Counted from the stretch's first letter, positions 27,128 to 37,376 are shown. The stretch: DNA of 64,000 nt from an uncultured virus (IMG/VR IMGVR_UViG_3300025610_000020) (IMGVR_UViG_3300025610_000020); one strand, 5' to 3'. The notes: generated by a model from the letters alone, not told the origin. A program made the numbers and translations.

Positions 27128-27671
27128 CGATTGGAATTAATGAGAACATACCATTTAGATCCTCTTTCTTATTTGGATCATTCAAATGAATATCAAATCC
27201 TAAAGTGATTCTTGGCGTATCAAAATCTTCATCAACAACAACTTCATGTTCCCTATATCCAGGGCCTATGTAAATGTTACCGACTTGATTATCAATTTCA
27301 TAATCAGTAAAAACTGTCCTTGATTTCTTTGGATCTATACTTATATATCCATGATAGTCCCACTCATGATTGTGCCATTGTAAAACTTGTTCTGGATAAT
27401 GATAATTGATCCAACACTGCATCCATTTTGATTGATCACTTGGAATATATTCATTGATTAAATTTTTAAGTTCAATGAATAACTTATGTGATAATTGTGA
27501 TGGTGCAGTTAAAGTGAAAAAATTATACTTATAATAGGACCATGTAGAATCTTCACCATTCATTACTTCCTGATGAAGATTATGAGCTTGATCTATCAAT
27601 TTTATAAATTCATTTTGATTATGAATTATCAATTCAGATTTATGTATCCTATAATCCATAAAATTATTCAA
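27120..27671 (-). CDS. putative 2OG-Fe(II) oxygenase
   Basis: CWINYH..LQWHNH, HEV, RITLGFD. Confidence 0.65.
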   Translation of the reverse strand: MNNFMDYRIHKSELIIHNQNEFIKLIDQAHNLHQEVMNGEDSTWSYYKYNFFTLTAPSQLSHKLFIELKNLINEYIPSDQSKWMQCWINYHYPEQVLQWHNHEWDYHGYISIDPKKSRTVFTDYEIDNQVGNIYIGPGYREHEVVVDEDFDTPRITLGFDIHLNDPNKKEDLNGMFSLIPIDG

Positions 27672-28440
27672 AGGGAATATCGTATTTTATTTCAACAACA
27701 AATTTATCGATATCTGTTTGATCTGAAATATGAATAAATGGATTATGTCTATAAGTGGCATTAGAATCACATCTAATGATTGTATTTGGAATTGGCAATA
27801 CAGATTCTATTTCATTTTCACCAGTAAGAAATTGAACTTCACCTCTTCTTTCAATATCATAATCTAAATTAGTGAAGTAAAGAAATGTTGTTCCTTCTTT
27901 TTGATCACTATGAAATGATTCAAAATCCCAATTTTGAAGACATCTTACCACTGTTTTATATGGAATGGCATCTTTATATGATGGAAAATGTTTTCCAATA
28001 TTTTTGACCATCAAATTATATAAAGTTTTTTCGCGAGGAAGAAAATCATCTGGATTTGGAATATGTACTTCAATCTCTACATTATCATCCTCATTTTCAT
28101 ATAGATAGGTTTGTTCCATTTCCAGATCAATAGATCCATCTTCTGCAGGATATAGAGCTTCTATTAAAGACTCTCTAGATGCAGAGGATCCCTCAAAAAT
28201 AAAGAGGTCAATCAACATTTCAGTGCTGATTTCTATTTCCTCACCATTCAAGTATTTTTTTAAGGCTTCTGGAAAAAATCTAGTTGGGCCAATTTTAAAA
28301 ATTGTAGATGTTGGCACAACTTTATTGGGATCGATATCATCACAATCATTGTCTAGAGGAATCTCTGGATCATAAACTTTTTGATTGATTTCTTTTTGCG
28401 CCTCAGCATCAAGAAAATCTTTTTTTATTTCGTATACCAT
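27664..28440 (-). CDS. acidic protein with 2OG-Fe(II) oxygenase-like C-terminus
   Basis: FHSD, TFLYF, GEVQF, PIPNTII..D..H. Confidence 0.55.
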   Translation of the reverse strand: MVYEIKKDFLDAEAQKEINQKVYDPEIPLDNDCDDIDPNKVVPTSTIFKIGPTRFFPEALKKYLNGEEIEISTEMLIDLFIFEGSSASRESLIEALYPAEDGSIDLEMEQTYLYENEDDNVEIEVHIPNPDDFLPREKTLYNLMVKNIGKHFPSYKDAIPYKTVVRCLQNWDFESFHSDQKEGTTFLYFTNLDYDIERRGEVQFLTGENEIESVLPIPNTIIRCDSNATYRHNPFIHISDQTDIDKFVVEIKYDIPFE

Positions 28441-28445
28441 TTTTG

Positions 28446-29051
28446 TTATGCAAAAGTTAATTTTTTAACATAATCATATGCATATAGTTCACGATGACCT
28501 TTGATTCCCCACCCTAACCAATAATAAGCAGGAACCATATACTGAGAAACTGTACGGCCTGGACCTTCAAACTCTGGAAGGTAACGTTGGAAGACATTCT
28601 CGTTGATCATATATGCAGTCTGACCCTCAAGTGTAGAAGGATCATATCCATACTTGGCAGAAAACTTACCAAGTCCATCATAGCGTCCAATAGAGGTCCA
28701 CTGAATAAGACCATAACCACCAGAATGACACTGGTTATAATTTACCCGAGCACCACCTTCACAAATGTTGGGATGGAAATTGCTTTCAGATTTAATGTTA
28801 CCAAGAATCGTTGCAAGAGCATTACGATCAGTGATTCTTGTTTTCTTTTGAAGTTCTCCAAGAACGTATTTTTCGTTCTCATTACAGGTTGGACAAGTCC
28901 ATACCTTTTCTACAACTTCAAGTTTAACTGCCTTCTCCTCGTTGACAGTCACATCAACCTCTGGAGGATTATTGATCTTATCGATTGAAGGATATGCACA
29001 AGCGGCAGGAATTGAAATTAAAAGTGAAAGAGGTAGTAGTTTTTTGATCAT
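28446..29051 (-). CDS. phage tail-lysozyme-like muralytic enzyme
   Basis: ILGNIKSESNF, GYGLIQWT; signal-like N-terminus MIKKLLPLSLL. Confidence 0.8.
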   Translation of the reverse strand: MIKKLLPLSLLISIPAACAYPSIDKINNPPEVDVTVNEEKAVKLEVVEKVWTCPTCNENEKYVLGELQKKTRITDRNALATILGNIKSESNFHPNICEGGARVNYNQCHSGGYGLIQWTSIGRYDGLGKFSAKYGYDPSTLEGQTAYMINENVFQRYLPEFEGPGRTVSQYMVPAYYWLGWGIKGHRELYAYDYVKKLTFA

Positions 29052-29055
29052 TAAA

Positions 29056-29535
29056 TTAATTGAATTCGGCATCCACCTCTGTGGGTGGCTCAAAGTAGTC
29101 TTTTCGGTAGTACCTTCCGAGGATGTTGCTATTATAGTAGGCAGGGGTGCCATCCGTCAAGGCCTCGGTCAGTACATTATTTAGAAAGAGTTGACGTGTC
29201 TCTTCATAGTTTACACGCCCTGGGGTTTTATGGAGTGAAAGTATTTCTCTTCTAAAATTATCCCGTCCATATCTTTTAATATCGTCTTTAAGCTCTGGAC
29301 AAGAACCATAGTAGTTTCTCCAGTTACTTTCAGACGTAACTCTTCTCCGCTTTTTAGTCTGATCAGAAACTCTAGGCTTTCGTTTTTGCCAGAAATACTT
29401 TCTTCCGATGTAAGAACGGTTGGTGGTGCTACAGGTAATCTTGTAAACAAAGCCATAGTTGTCCCCAATAAGGCTCCCGTCAAAATCGGTGCCCATATAT
29501 TGCCAGGGATTTGAATATTCTTTATTTTTTGCCAC
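29056..29535 (-). CDS. GIY-YIG (Seg-like) endonuclease
   Basis: GFVYKIT...YIGRK, YYGS, F.REIL. Confidence 0.8.
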   Translation of the reverse strand: MAKNKEYSNPWQYMGTDFDGSLIGDNYGFVYKITCSTTNRSYIGRKYFWQKRKPRVSDQTKKRRRVTSESNWRNYYGSCPELKDDIKRYGRDNFRREILSLHKTPGRVNYEETRQLFLNNVLTEALTDGTPAYYNSNILGRYYRKDYFEPPTEVDAEFN

Positions 29536-29564
29536 ATAATCATGACGAAACTAAAAATATTTAG

Positions 29565-29738
29565 TTAGTCTGGATAACCATCATCGTCATCAAAGACTTC
29601 ATCATAGTCTCCCATGACAGCTGAATTAAATCTGTCAGGAGTTGTATATGATTCTGGATCCGAATAAACTTCGGATTCTAACTCCTCTACAATTTCTTTG
29701 AGGGCCATTACTAATACTTTAAGTTTAGCTCTGTTCAT
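29565..29738 (-). CDS. acidic hypothetical protein (57 aa)
   Basis: Manual ORF MNRAKLKVLVMALKEIVEELESEVYSDP...DDDDGYPD. Confidence 0.65.
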   Translation of the reverse strand: MNRAKLKVLVMALKEIVEELESEVYSDPESYTTPDRFNSAVMGDYDEVFDDDDGYPD

Positions 29739-29814
29739 TTCTCTTTACCTCTAACAAGGCAATTGTACATAAAAAAAGGGGACCTGTCAAGGCCCCCTTC
29801 GGATTGATTAAAAA

Positions 29815-30246
29815 TTAGACTCCACCGTGTCTTGCTGGATCAAACTGACTTAAACCATAAGTGGCAGTATCAAGTGAACTAAATCCACCGCCGCCACGAC
29901 CTCCACGACCACTACTACGACCACCACGTCCACCTTTACTCGTATTTCTCAGGAGCTGCTGACGATACCGCATATCTGCACGGGTGCCACTATCCATTCT
30001 ACCCTGAGATCCAGGTTTGGTACTGCCGCCTGGGTCAGGTTGCATACCAGGGTTTGCTGCCTTGACTCTGCTACCGTGAGTGTATTCAGCACCACTCATG
30101 GTTCCAGTGCCAGAAACCATACTACCTCCAGGAGAACGTGAGTTCGCATATTGTGTGGAAGTTTGACCATGCCTACCAGCATAACGCTGTCGCCCTTGCT
30201 CATAAATGTCGTATGCTTGTTCCGAAAACTGTCTAAATGTTTTCAT
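29815..30246 (-). CDS. basic Gly/Arg-rich putative capsid-internal protein
   Basis: MKTFRQFSEQA resembles the T4 capsid-targeting sequence. Confidence 0.65.
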   Translation of the reverse strand: MKTFRQFSEQAYDIYEQGRQRYAGRHGQTSTQYANSRSPGGSMVSGTGTMSGAEYTHGSRVKAANPGMQPDPGGSTKPGSQGRMDSGTRADMRYRQQLLRNTSKGGRGGRSSGRGGRGGGGFSSLDTATYGLSQFDPARHGGV

Positions 30247-30251
30247 TGTAA

Positions 30252-30593
30252 TTAAACCCCACCAAGTCTTGCTGGATCAAACGAGCCAATACCATAAGGT
30301 CCTGGCGTTGCGGTGTCAAGTGAACTAAATCCACCCCCACCACGACCACTACGGCCACCTCTACTTTGATTTCTCAGTGCCTTACGACTCAATTTCTTAA
30401 TCTGTTTAGGGGTAAGAACTTCCCCTTCACCACTTGGGCCAGCATCGGGAACCCAGTTACTAGGAGGAGTATAGTTGCTTCCAAAAGACTTAATGTTGGC
30501 CTTCACACGCTGAGTATGTTGTTTGTTACTAGTACGACGTGAATCTTCTTCGATATCGTATGCTTGTTCGGAAAACTGTCTAAACGTTTTCAT
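30252..30593 (-). CDS. basic putative capsid-internal protein (paralog)
   Basis: Same MKTFRQFSEQAYDI start and GGGGFSSLDTAT...FDPAR.GGV end as neighbour. Confidence 0.65.
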   Translation of the reverse strand: MKTFRQFSEQAYDIEEDSRRTSNKQHTQRVKANIKSFGSNYTPPSNWVPDAGPSGEGEVLTPKQIKKLSRKALRNQSRGGRSGRGGGGFSSLDTATPGPYGIGSFDPARLGGV

Positions 30594-30598
30594 TGTAA

Positions 30599-32200
30599 TC
30601 AGACTCCTTTTAGACCACCATATTTGTACTGTGGGTTTCCTTGCTGATAACGCTTCCAAGCTTCATTGTTTAGTTTCTTGTCAAGATCAGTAACTGTGTA
30701 AACTTTCTTCGCCTCCATAGCGAGAAGTTCAATATTCTCATCATCCATCTCGGAGATGATGTAGTTTGCTTCGTCAATGGACTGAGCTTCACCGTTCCAA
30801 ATAAGGAACTCAACCATTGCAGACTCCAAATAGACCTGCTCAAGGATGCTGTTGATGAATTGATCACTCATACCCTCAATCATGCTTAGAGCGCCGTCTA
30901 GGGTATCTGCATACCCCTCAGTGAAGAGGTGGTTGACCACTAGGTCTAGTTCGTTAGACTCCTTCTTTGTCTTCGGTGCAAGGTAATCTTGGATTTCTTT
31001 ATATCCAGACTGTCCTGGTTTAACTTTCTTAGCAAGTTCTGGGAAATTCTTTGCCCATTTTTGCATTTTAGTTAATCCAGAAGAATCAGATTGCTTCGTA
31101 GGAGTTGATGTAGATCCACCACCAGAGCCAACCACAGGTATTCTAACTGGTCCAGTTGATCCACCACCGCTACGAGGAGCAGGAGCAGTTGATCCACCAC
31201 CGCTACGAGGAGCAGTTGATCCACCACCGCCACCGCCGCTGGAAGGAGCAGGAGCTCTTTCATCACCAGCTCTTGGTCTGATAGGAGCACCACCTGGTGA
31301 TGCTGGGCCTTTTGGAGCAGGAGCTCTTTCATCACCAGCTCTTGGTCTGATAGGAGCTCCGCCTCCTGTTGAGGGTTCTTTTTTCGGCGTTGGAGAAGGT
31401 GTTCCAGGTTGGCCATACTTAGGATTGTTATACTGACCTTCTTGGGGTGGAATGTTTGCCAGTCCAGTTCCAGTCCTACTTGGCCGTGTAGGAGAAGGTG
31501 TTGGTCTACCAGAACCTTGTCCAGGGCCTTGTCTACCAGAACCTCCTTTTTTATCACTGCCGCTACTAGTAGCAGTTGATCCACCACCGCCACTACGATT
31601 CTGAAGATCTCGAACTGCCTGTCTACCTACAATACCCCCTGCGACGGAAGTTACTGGCCCTGCGACAGCACCCAAAGTACTTCCAACAGCACCACCAACA
31701 GCGCGGGGTACTTCTCTTTTTGTAGTTGCTACGACGTTTGATACTATTTCCTTACCTTTTTGTACTCCACGATTAAGAGTTCTTCTACCTTTGTCAATCA
31801 AACCCTTCAAAAATTCCTGTAGGTCCTCTTCATTGAGTCTGCTGGCAAGCCTGTTGACAATCTCTGGAGACTCATTCTTCATTCTGGTTGCCATGGCACC
31901 AGGAATATATCTCAGATGAGTTTCATATAGACCTGTGGACTCATTGACGTTCTTAAGAACTTCTTCGGAATCAAGAGCCTGTTCAAAGACATCAAGAATT
32001 TTTCCGATTGAAGATCTCTCGAAAAATTCTTTAACGTCAGACTCAACATAACCATTCTCAATCATGTGTACACCAACACAGTTGATAATGCTTTCTGCAA
32101 TCTGCTTTAATTCTTCAGTTTGCTGTCTATTGGCGTAGACATTACCATAAGACTCAACAAGTCCTTTTAATTGATTAGAGGGCTGCATTTTTTTAAACAA
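30599..32200 (-). CDS. low-complexity putative virion-internal protein
   Basis: Late promoter TATAAATA at ~32215-32222; G/S/P repeats; duplicated EGYA..A..I..MS helical motif. Confidence 0.7.
   Translation of the reverse strand: MFKKMQPSNQLKGLVESYGNVYANRQQTEELKQIAESIINCVGVHMIENGYVESDVKEFFERSSIGKILDVFEQALDSEEVLKNVNESTGLYETHLRYIPGAMATRMKNESPEIVNRLASRLNEEDLQEFLKGLIDKGRRTLNRGVQKGKEIVSNVVATTKREVPRAVGGAVGSTLGAVAGPVTSVAGGIVGRQAVRDLQNRSGGGGSTATSSGSDKKGGSGRQGPGQGSGRPTPSPTRPSRTGTGLANIPPQEGQYNNPKYGQPGTPSPTPKKEPSTGGGAPIRPRAGDERAPAPKGPASPGGAPIRPRAGDERAPAPSSGGGGGGSTAPRSGGGSTAPAPRSGGGSTGPVRIPVVGSGGGSTSTPTKQSDSSGLTKMQKWAKNFPELAKKVKPGQSGYKEIQDYLAPKTKKESNELDLVVNHLFTEGYADTLDGALSMIEGMSDQFINSILEQVYLESAMVEFLIWNGEAQSIDEANYIISEMDDENIELLAMEAKKVYTVTDLDKKLNNEAWKRYQQGNPQYKYGGLKGV
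31153..31357. repeat. intragenic direct repeats
   Basis: 44-bp repeat at 31245-31288 and 31314-31357; ~28-bp repeat at ~31153-31180 and ~31186-31213. Confidence 0.85.
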
Positions 32201-32221
32201 CTTTTTCCTGTTTTTATTTAT

Positions 32222-32252
32222 AAAAAAAAGAGGGGCACTATCACCCCTCTTT
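32222..32252 (-). terminator. terminator after nrdB
   Basis: AAAGAGGGG...CCCCTCTTTTTTTT. Confidence 0.75.
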
Positions 32253-32307
32253 CTTAGATATAATGGGAGTCAATGGATCAATGCGATCCATCTCCTTCCA
32301 TATTTGT

Positions 32308-33498
32308 TCAAAGTTTGAATCCCGAGAAGGTGTCTTTTTTGACATCTTGCTTAATTCCACCGACGACATAACTTTCTACCTCAGTTTCTTGTGGGGCAAC
32401 TTGTAGTCCTTTAGAAGAAATCCAGTGTTCAGTCCAGGGAAGAGGATTGTTTTTAGCCGATACATCAAAGATTGGTTTGATACCAATAGCTTTCATGCGG
32501 CGATTCGCAATCCATTCCACATATTTTTGTAATAGTTTATCATTTAAACCAATCATAGATCCATCCTTGAACAGATATTCTGCCCAAAGTTTTTCCTGAT
32601 TGACTGCATTTTCAAAAGTTTTAATAACCCAAGATTCTTCTTCCCTTGCAATACGCTTCATTTCAGGGTCGTCACCCTCAGCCCACTTTTTAAGAATGTT
32701 CTGGGTGATTACCAAGTGCTGATTTTCGTCCCTGGCGATAAGGCTAATGATTTTAGCCGATCCTTCCATAAGCTTAAGTTCGCCAAATGCGAATGAGCAC
32801 GCGAAGGAGACATAGAATCTAATTCCTTCCAGGATGTTGACGTTAGCGACTGCTCGGTAAAGTTTTCTTTTGAGTTCATAGAGTGTGTTTGCGGCTGCAG
32901 GTACTCCATCTAAGACATGTTGCCATTCATTTCCTGAAGCATATGTTGCTGCAGAAGAAATAAAATCATCATATGATTCGGTCACTGACGCTGCTCGCTC
33001 AAGAATTCTAGGTTCTTTTACGATAGTGTCAAATACGTCTGATGGATTCGCGTATACATTTTTAATAATGTATGTATAACTACGGGAATGGATCATCTCC
33101 ATAAATTCCCATACTTTCATACAAGCTTCCAGTTCAGGAAGAGAACAATATGGAGCAAATGCCATACCAGGACCCCTTCCTTGAACAGAGTCTAGCATAA
33201 CCTGATACTTTAGATTAGAAGTAAAGATATGTTTCTGCTCAGGGCGAAGAGTCTGATAGTCAGCCCTATCCTTTTGCAAAGAAACTTCTTCGGGACGCCA
33301 GAAATATCCAAGTTGCTGAGTTGTTAGTTTATCAAAAATTGGATACTTGTAAGAGTCATACCTCTGGACACCCAGAGGTTTCCCAAAAAACATTGGTTGT
33401 TTAGTTGTATCGACAGACTCAGAGTTGAAAACTGTAAAGGATTCAACCCGAGATACTTCTGTATTTTCAGAGTTTGTCTTAAATCTTACAAGACTCAC
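32308..33498 (-). CDS. nrdB: ribonucleotide reductase class Ia beta subunit
   Basis: FWRPEEV, EMIHSRSY, EGIRFYVSF, DENQH, APQETE. Confidence 0.97.
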   Translation of the reverse strand: MSLVRFKTNSENTEVSRVESFTVFNSESVDTTKQPMFFGKPLGVQRYDSYKYPIFDKLTTQQLGYFWRPEEVSLQKDRADYQTLRPEQKHIFTSNLKYQVMLDSVQGRGPGMAFAPYCSLPELEACMKVWEFMEMIHSRSYTYIIKNVYANPSDVFDTIVKEPRILERAASVTESYDDFISSAATYASGNEWQHVLDGVPAAANTLYELKRKLYRAVANVNILEGIRFYVSFACSFAFGELKLMEGSAKIISLIARDENQHLVITQNILKKWAEGDDPEMKRIAREEESWVIKTFENAVNQEKLWAEYLFKDGSMIGLNDKLLQKYVEWIANRRMKAIGIKPIFDVSAKNNPLPWTEHWISSKGLQVAPQETEVESYVVGGIKQDVKKDTFSGFKL

Positions 33499-35770
33499 AA
33501 TCGTCCTCCTCTGCTGCTTCTAGTTGAGTTAGTAGTTCTTTTAAATCCGATGAATCATTCACTTCATCAGATTTTAGGTCATTAGTATTCTGATAATAAC
33601 TCGTCTTCCAACCATACTTGTAAGTGGTAAGAAGATCTTGAGCCATGACAGAAACAGGAACCTCATTATCTGGGTAATGCTCTGGATTGTAACTCCAGTT
33701 TCCACTGATCGCCTGATCAAAGAATTTTTGCATCACAGCAACTATTTTAACATATCCATCGTTATTTGGCATGTCCCATAGAAGAGTATAATGACTCTTA
33801 AGTGAATTATATTGTGGAACAATTTGCTTAAGAGGCCCTTTCTTGGACTTTTTAATGGACAGGTATCCGCGAGGTGGTTCAATTCCGTTGGTTGCGTTTG
33901 ACACAACGGAACTGCTCTCCGAAGGCATTTGTGCGGACAGTGTGCTGTGTCGGAGACCATATTCCACGATAGATGCTCTAAGAGTCTCCCAATCATGCTG
34001 ATATCCTACTGAAGTAATTTGGTCAACATCACTCTTGTATGTATCAATGGGAAGAATTCCATCTGCATATTTGGTACGTGAGAAATATTCACATGCACCC
34101 TTCTCTTTTGCAATCTGATTTGATGCTTTTAGAAGATAATATTGAAAGGATTCTGAGAGTGTATGAACGGCGTCCCATGCCTCCTGTGAGTCATATTTAA
34201 ACCCAAGTTTAGCAAGATAGTGTGCAAGACCAATAAAACCGACTCCAAGGGATCTACGTGCCTTTGTGGCTACTTCAGCAGCAATGATTGGATACTTCTG
34301 ATAATCAATCAATTCTTCCAGGCCACGAACAGAAAGATCACAAATCTCTTCAAGTTCTTCATCTGATTTGATCTTACCAACGTTAACTGCAGAGAGAATA
34401 CAGAGTGCAATCTCACCCTCACCATCGATATGCTGAAGAGGATCTGTAGGTAGAGTAATTTCTTGACACAGGTTACTCATATTCACCTTGTCCTTGAAGG
34501 AAGAATGACTGTTGCAATGGTCAATATTCATAATGTAAATACGACCAGTCTCTGCACGCTCCTTCAGTAGATCTAGAATTAGTTCCTGTGCCCCGACAGT
34601 CTTTCTTGGAACAGCATCATTGAGTTCATGCATCCGATATAGAGTGTCAAAGTCATCAGTACCAAAAGCATCATACAAACCTGGTACGTCATGCGGTGAG
34701 AAGAGGCTAATCTCCCCATCTGCAATGAAACGTTCGTAGAAAAGTTTTGAAATTTGGATTGAGTAGTCGAGTTTTCTGACACGATTATCTTCCGTACCTT
34801 TGTTGTTCTTTAAGACTAGAATGTCTTCGATTTCTTGGTGCCAGATTGGGAAGTGTACTGTCGCTGATCCACCTCGGATGCCATTCTGTGTACAACATCT
34901 GACAGTTGACTCAAACTTTTTGAGGAACGGTACAACACCCGTGTGCTGAACTTCTCCACCTCTGATCTTACTGTTGATGCCACGGATTCTGCCTGCGTTG
35001 ATACCGATGCCCGCCCTTTGTGCAACATATCTGCCGATAGCCATATCAGAACTAAAGATGCTATCGAGGGTGTCATCAACATCAACAAGAACACAGCTAG
35101 CAAATTGTCGAAGTGGAGTTCGCACTCCCGCCATGATAGGTGTGGGAATGTTGAGTTTGTGCTTTGAGATTGCTTCGTAGTACCTTTTGACATAGCTTAG
35201 TCTCGTTTCCTTTGGATATTCTGCAAAAATAGTCAGAGCAATCAAGACATACATGAACTGTGGGGATTCATATACCTTTCCACTACTGCGATCTTGTACA
35301 AGATACTTATCTACAACTTGACGTAGACCAGCATATGTAAATAGAAAATCACGGCTGTGATCAACCCAGGATTCAACCCTCTTAATCTCTTCCTCAGTGT
35401 AGTTATCTAGGATAGCCTTATCATAGATACCCTGCTCTACACAATTGGTAATATGAGAATAAAGATCTGGAAGATCTCTCATCTTTCCATAAACTTGTTT
35501 GCGAACCGCAAATAGTAAAAGACGTGCTGCAACGAACTGATAATTCGGATGATCCAAATCAATTAGATCAGAAGCACTACGAATTAGAATCTCCTGAATT
35601 TCTGCTGTGGTAATACCATCATAAAACTGAATACCAGATTGAATTTCTACCTGACTAGCAGATACACCAGCTAGTCCCTTACATGCCTCATCAACCATGA
35701 CATGCATCTTGTCCAAGTTGATTGGTTCAATTGTTCCATTTCTCTTTTTAACCTTGATGCCGTTACTCAT
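33479..35770 (-). CDS. nrdA: ribonucleotide reductase class Ia alpha subunit
   Basis: ATP cone, SNLCQEI, C-terminal CESCKI; no intein or intron seen. Confidence 0.98.
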   Translation of the reverse strand: MSNGIKVKKRNGTIEPINLDKMHVMVDEACKGLAGVSASQVEIQSGIQFYDGITTAEIQEILIRSASDLIDLDHPNYQFVAARLLLFAVRKQVYGKMRDLPDLYSHITNCVEQGIYDKAILDNYTEEEIKRVESWVDHSRDFLFTYAGLRQVVDKYLVQDRSSGKVYESPQFMYVLIALTIFAEYPKETRLSYVKRYYEAISKHKLNIPTPIMAGVRTPLRQFASCVLVDVDDTLDSIFSSDMAIGRYVAQRAGIGINAGRIRGINSKIRGGEVQHTGVVPFLKKFESTVRCCTQNGIRGGSATVHFPIWHQEIEDILVLKNNKGTEDNRVRKLDYSIQISKLFYERFIADGEISLFSPHDVPGLYDAFGTDDFDTLYRMHELNDAVPRKTVGAQELILDLLKERAETGRIYIMNIDHCNSHSSFKDKVNMSNLCQEITLPTDPLQHIDGEGEIALCILSAVNVGKIKSDEELEEICDLSVRGLEELIDYQKYPIIAAEVATKARRSLGVGFIGLAHYLAKLGFKYDSQEAWDAVHTLSESFQYYLLKASNQIAKEKGACEYFSRTKYADGILPIDTYKSDVDQITSVGYQHDWETLRASIVEYGLRHSTLSAQMPSESSSVVSNATNGIEPPRGYLSIKKSKKGPLKQIVPQYNSLKSHYTLLWDMPNNDGYVKIVAVMQKFFDQAISGNWSYNPEHYPDNEVPVSVMAQDLLTTYKYGWKTSYYQNTNDLKSDEVNDSSDLKELLTQLEAAEEDDCESCKI

Positions 35771-36735
35771 ATCTTTTTCCAAGTATTGAATTTAAGTTGT
35801 GCCTCTAATCCAGAGTGGGTATTTGATTCTATCACTTCTTGAACATTATGTCCAGCAAGGACCATATCATTTATATCTTTTTCAATTATTCCTGTTGGCC
35901 AGATGACGACTTTTTCACCTCGCTCAATACAAGACTTAATGCGGCGGATGATTTCTGGATTGCGGGGCTCGTTATCGTAAACAAAAATGAGACTGCTTCC
36001 TTCAAGGCAACGAAAGTTACCGTCAGCGCCACACAAAGCCACACTATTGTTGATGAAAGTGCTGTCAAAGGGTCCTTCGACCACATAGACTGGTAATTTT
36101 TGATTGATTGTGTCAAGTCCATAAATTTTCGGTGCTCCGTCTTCGAGCATGATTGTGATATATTTAATAGATTTAGAATCTAGAGCCCTCCCCTGGAATC
36201 CGATAAGATTCTTTTTGTAATAGATTGGGATAACGATTCTAGGTTCTTTACGTAGATTCTGGTGATCCATGCCTTCGAACGATCGCACAAATTCACCAAA
36301 GTCTTCCGCAAAATGAAACTTGGTGGGATCGATTCCACGATTACGTAGATAGGTTGAAGCAATTTCCACCTCACTGCATAAAGGAAGAATGATCCTCTGT
36401 ATAAATTTAGGTTTGTCAAAAACGAATTCAGGTTCATCGACTACAAAGTTTTTTCCCGTAAAACCACTCTTAAATTTTTCAAGAGAATATTGCTTGTGCA
36501 ACTGGGGATCAACGTCTTTCAAAAAGTTGTTGAAAGACAAACTTGATCCACAATTATGACACTTAAAGTTTGTATTATTTTTGATTGGATAAATGTATGC
36601 CCTGGCCTTATTCTTGTTCTTCTTAGAGTCACCACAAATTGGACAGCGAAAATTATATAGGTTTGACTTTACCTTCTTAAACTTAGATAGTCTTGGGGAG
36701 ATAAGACCGATATATTTGGTGTCGATCAGATCCAT
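35767..36735 (-). CDS. gp61: DNA primase (gp61)
   Basis: CPICGDS..CHNC zinc finger, EGPFDS TOPRIM, KDINDM. Confidence 0.95.
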   Translation of the reverse strand: MDLIDTKYIGLISPRLSKFKKVKSNLYNFRCPICGDSKKNKNKARAYIYPIKNNTNFKCHNCGSSLSFNNFLKDVDPQLHKQYSLEKFKSGFTGKNFVVDEPEFVFDKPKFIQRIILPLCSEVEIASTYLRNRGIDPTKFHFAEDFGEFVRSFEGMDHQNLRKEPRIVIPIYYKKNLIGFQGRALDSKSIKYITIMLEDGAPKIYGLDTINQKLPVYVVEGPFDSTFINNSVALCGADGNFRCLEGSSLIFVYDNEPRNPEIIRRIKSCIERGEKVVIWPTGIIEKDINDMVLAGHNVQEVIESNTHSGLEAQLKFNTWKKI

Positions 36736-37153
36736 TAGATACTAGGGCTTCTCCAGACATCATACTCGCTTTGGGTGCGGGTGTCAAGACTTCAATAAAA
36801 GGTGGGATGATTTGTAGAGCTGTCACAAAGGTCGCGAGGACAGCAGTCGCACCAATTACAAACTTATTATGCTTATCCACTTTCTTCTCAAGTTCTGAAA
36901 ACTTACCAGAAAGATTCTCGAACATACGATCATCATATTTCTGATGATCATCAATCATTTTTATGATAGTGTTATTGGTCCGCTCACCTTCATCCAGTCT
37001 ATTCTCATGACGCTCCAGAACTATGGCAATCTTATTACTATTATCAGAAATAGTAGATACAGCACGTTCTAACTTATCCAACATCTCTTTGGATAAGTCT
37101 TCGTAAATATCTAACTTAGATTCTAGAACGTTAAGCTTTGCTATTCCGAACAT
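36683..37153 (-). CDS. coiled-coil membrane-anchored hypothetical protein
   Basis: ORF track; heptads then TM segment. Confidence 0.65.
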   Translation of the reverse strand: MFGIAKLNVLESKLDIYEDLSKEMLDKLERAVSTISDNSNKIAIVLERHENRLDEGERTNNTIIKMIDDHQKYDDRMFENLSGKFSELEKKVDKHNKFVIGATAVLATFVTALQIIPPFIEVLTPAPKASMMSGEALVSNGSDRHQIYRSYLPKTI

Positions 37154-37376
37154 GGTCTAACCAGCGTTTACGTGACCCATATCTTCCAATGGGCGTGGAC
37201 CTTTTTTTCTTTAGTGGTTTATCATATCCGGCTGTTGGACTTCCAGAATCTTCTCTACCAGATCCTCTATAAAGAGCTCCACCACCCGCACCAAGTGACA
37301 TTTCTTCACGGAAAATATTAATTATCCTGTCTAACTTAGATTTGTCCATCATACCTGATTTAAGACTTTTAAACAC
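37131..37376 (-). CDS. hypothetical protein
   Basis: ORF track; start uncertain. Confidence 0.5.
   Translation of the reverse strand: MFKSLKSGMMDKSKLDRIINIFREEMSLGAGGGALYRGSGREDSGSPTAGYDKPLKKKRSTPIGRYGSRKRWLDHVRNSKA

Noticed and set aside
31153..31357. Short direct repeats considered as a CRISPR-like array
   Set aside because: Only two copies each, in frame within a low-complexity CDS, no spacer pattern or cas genes
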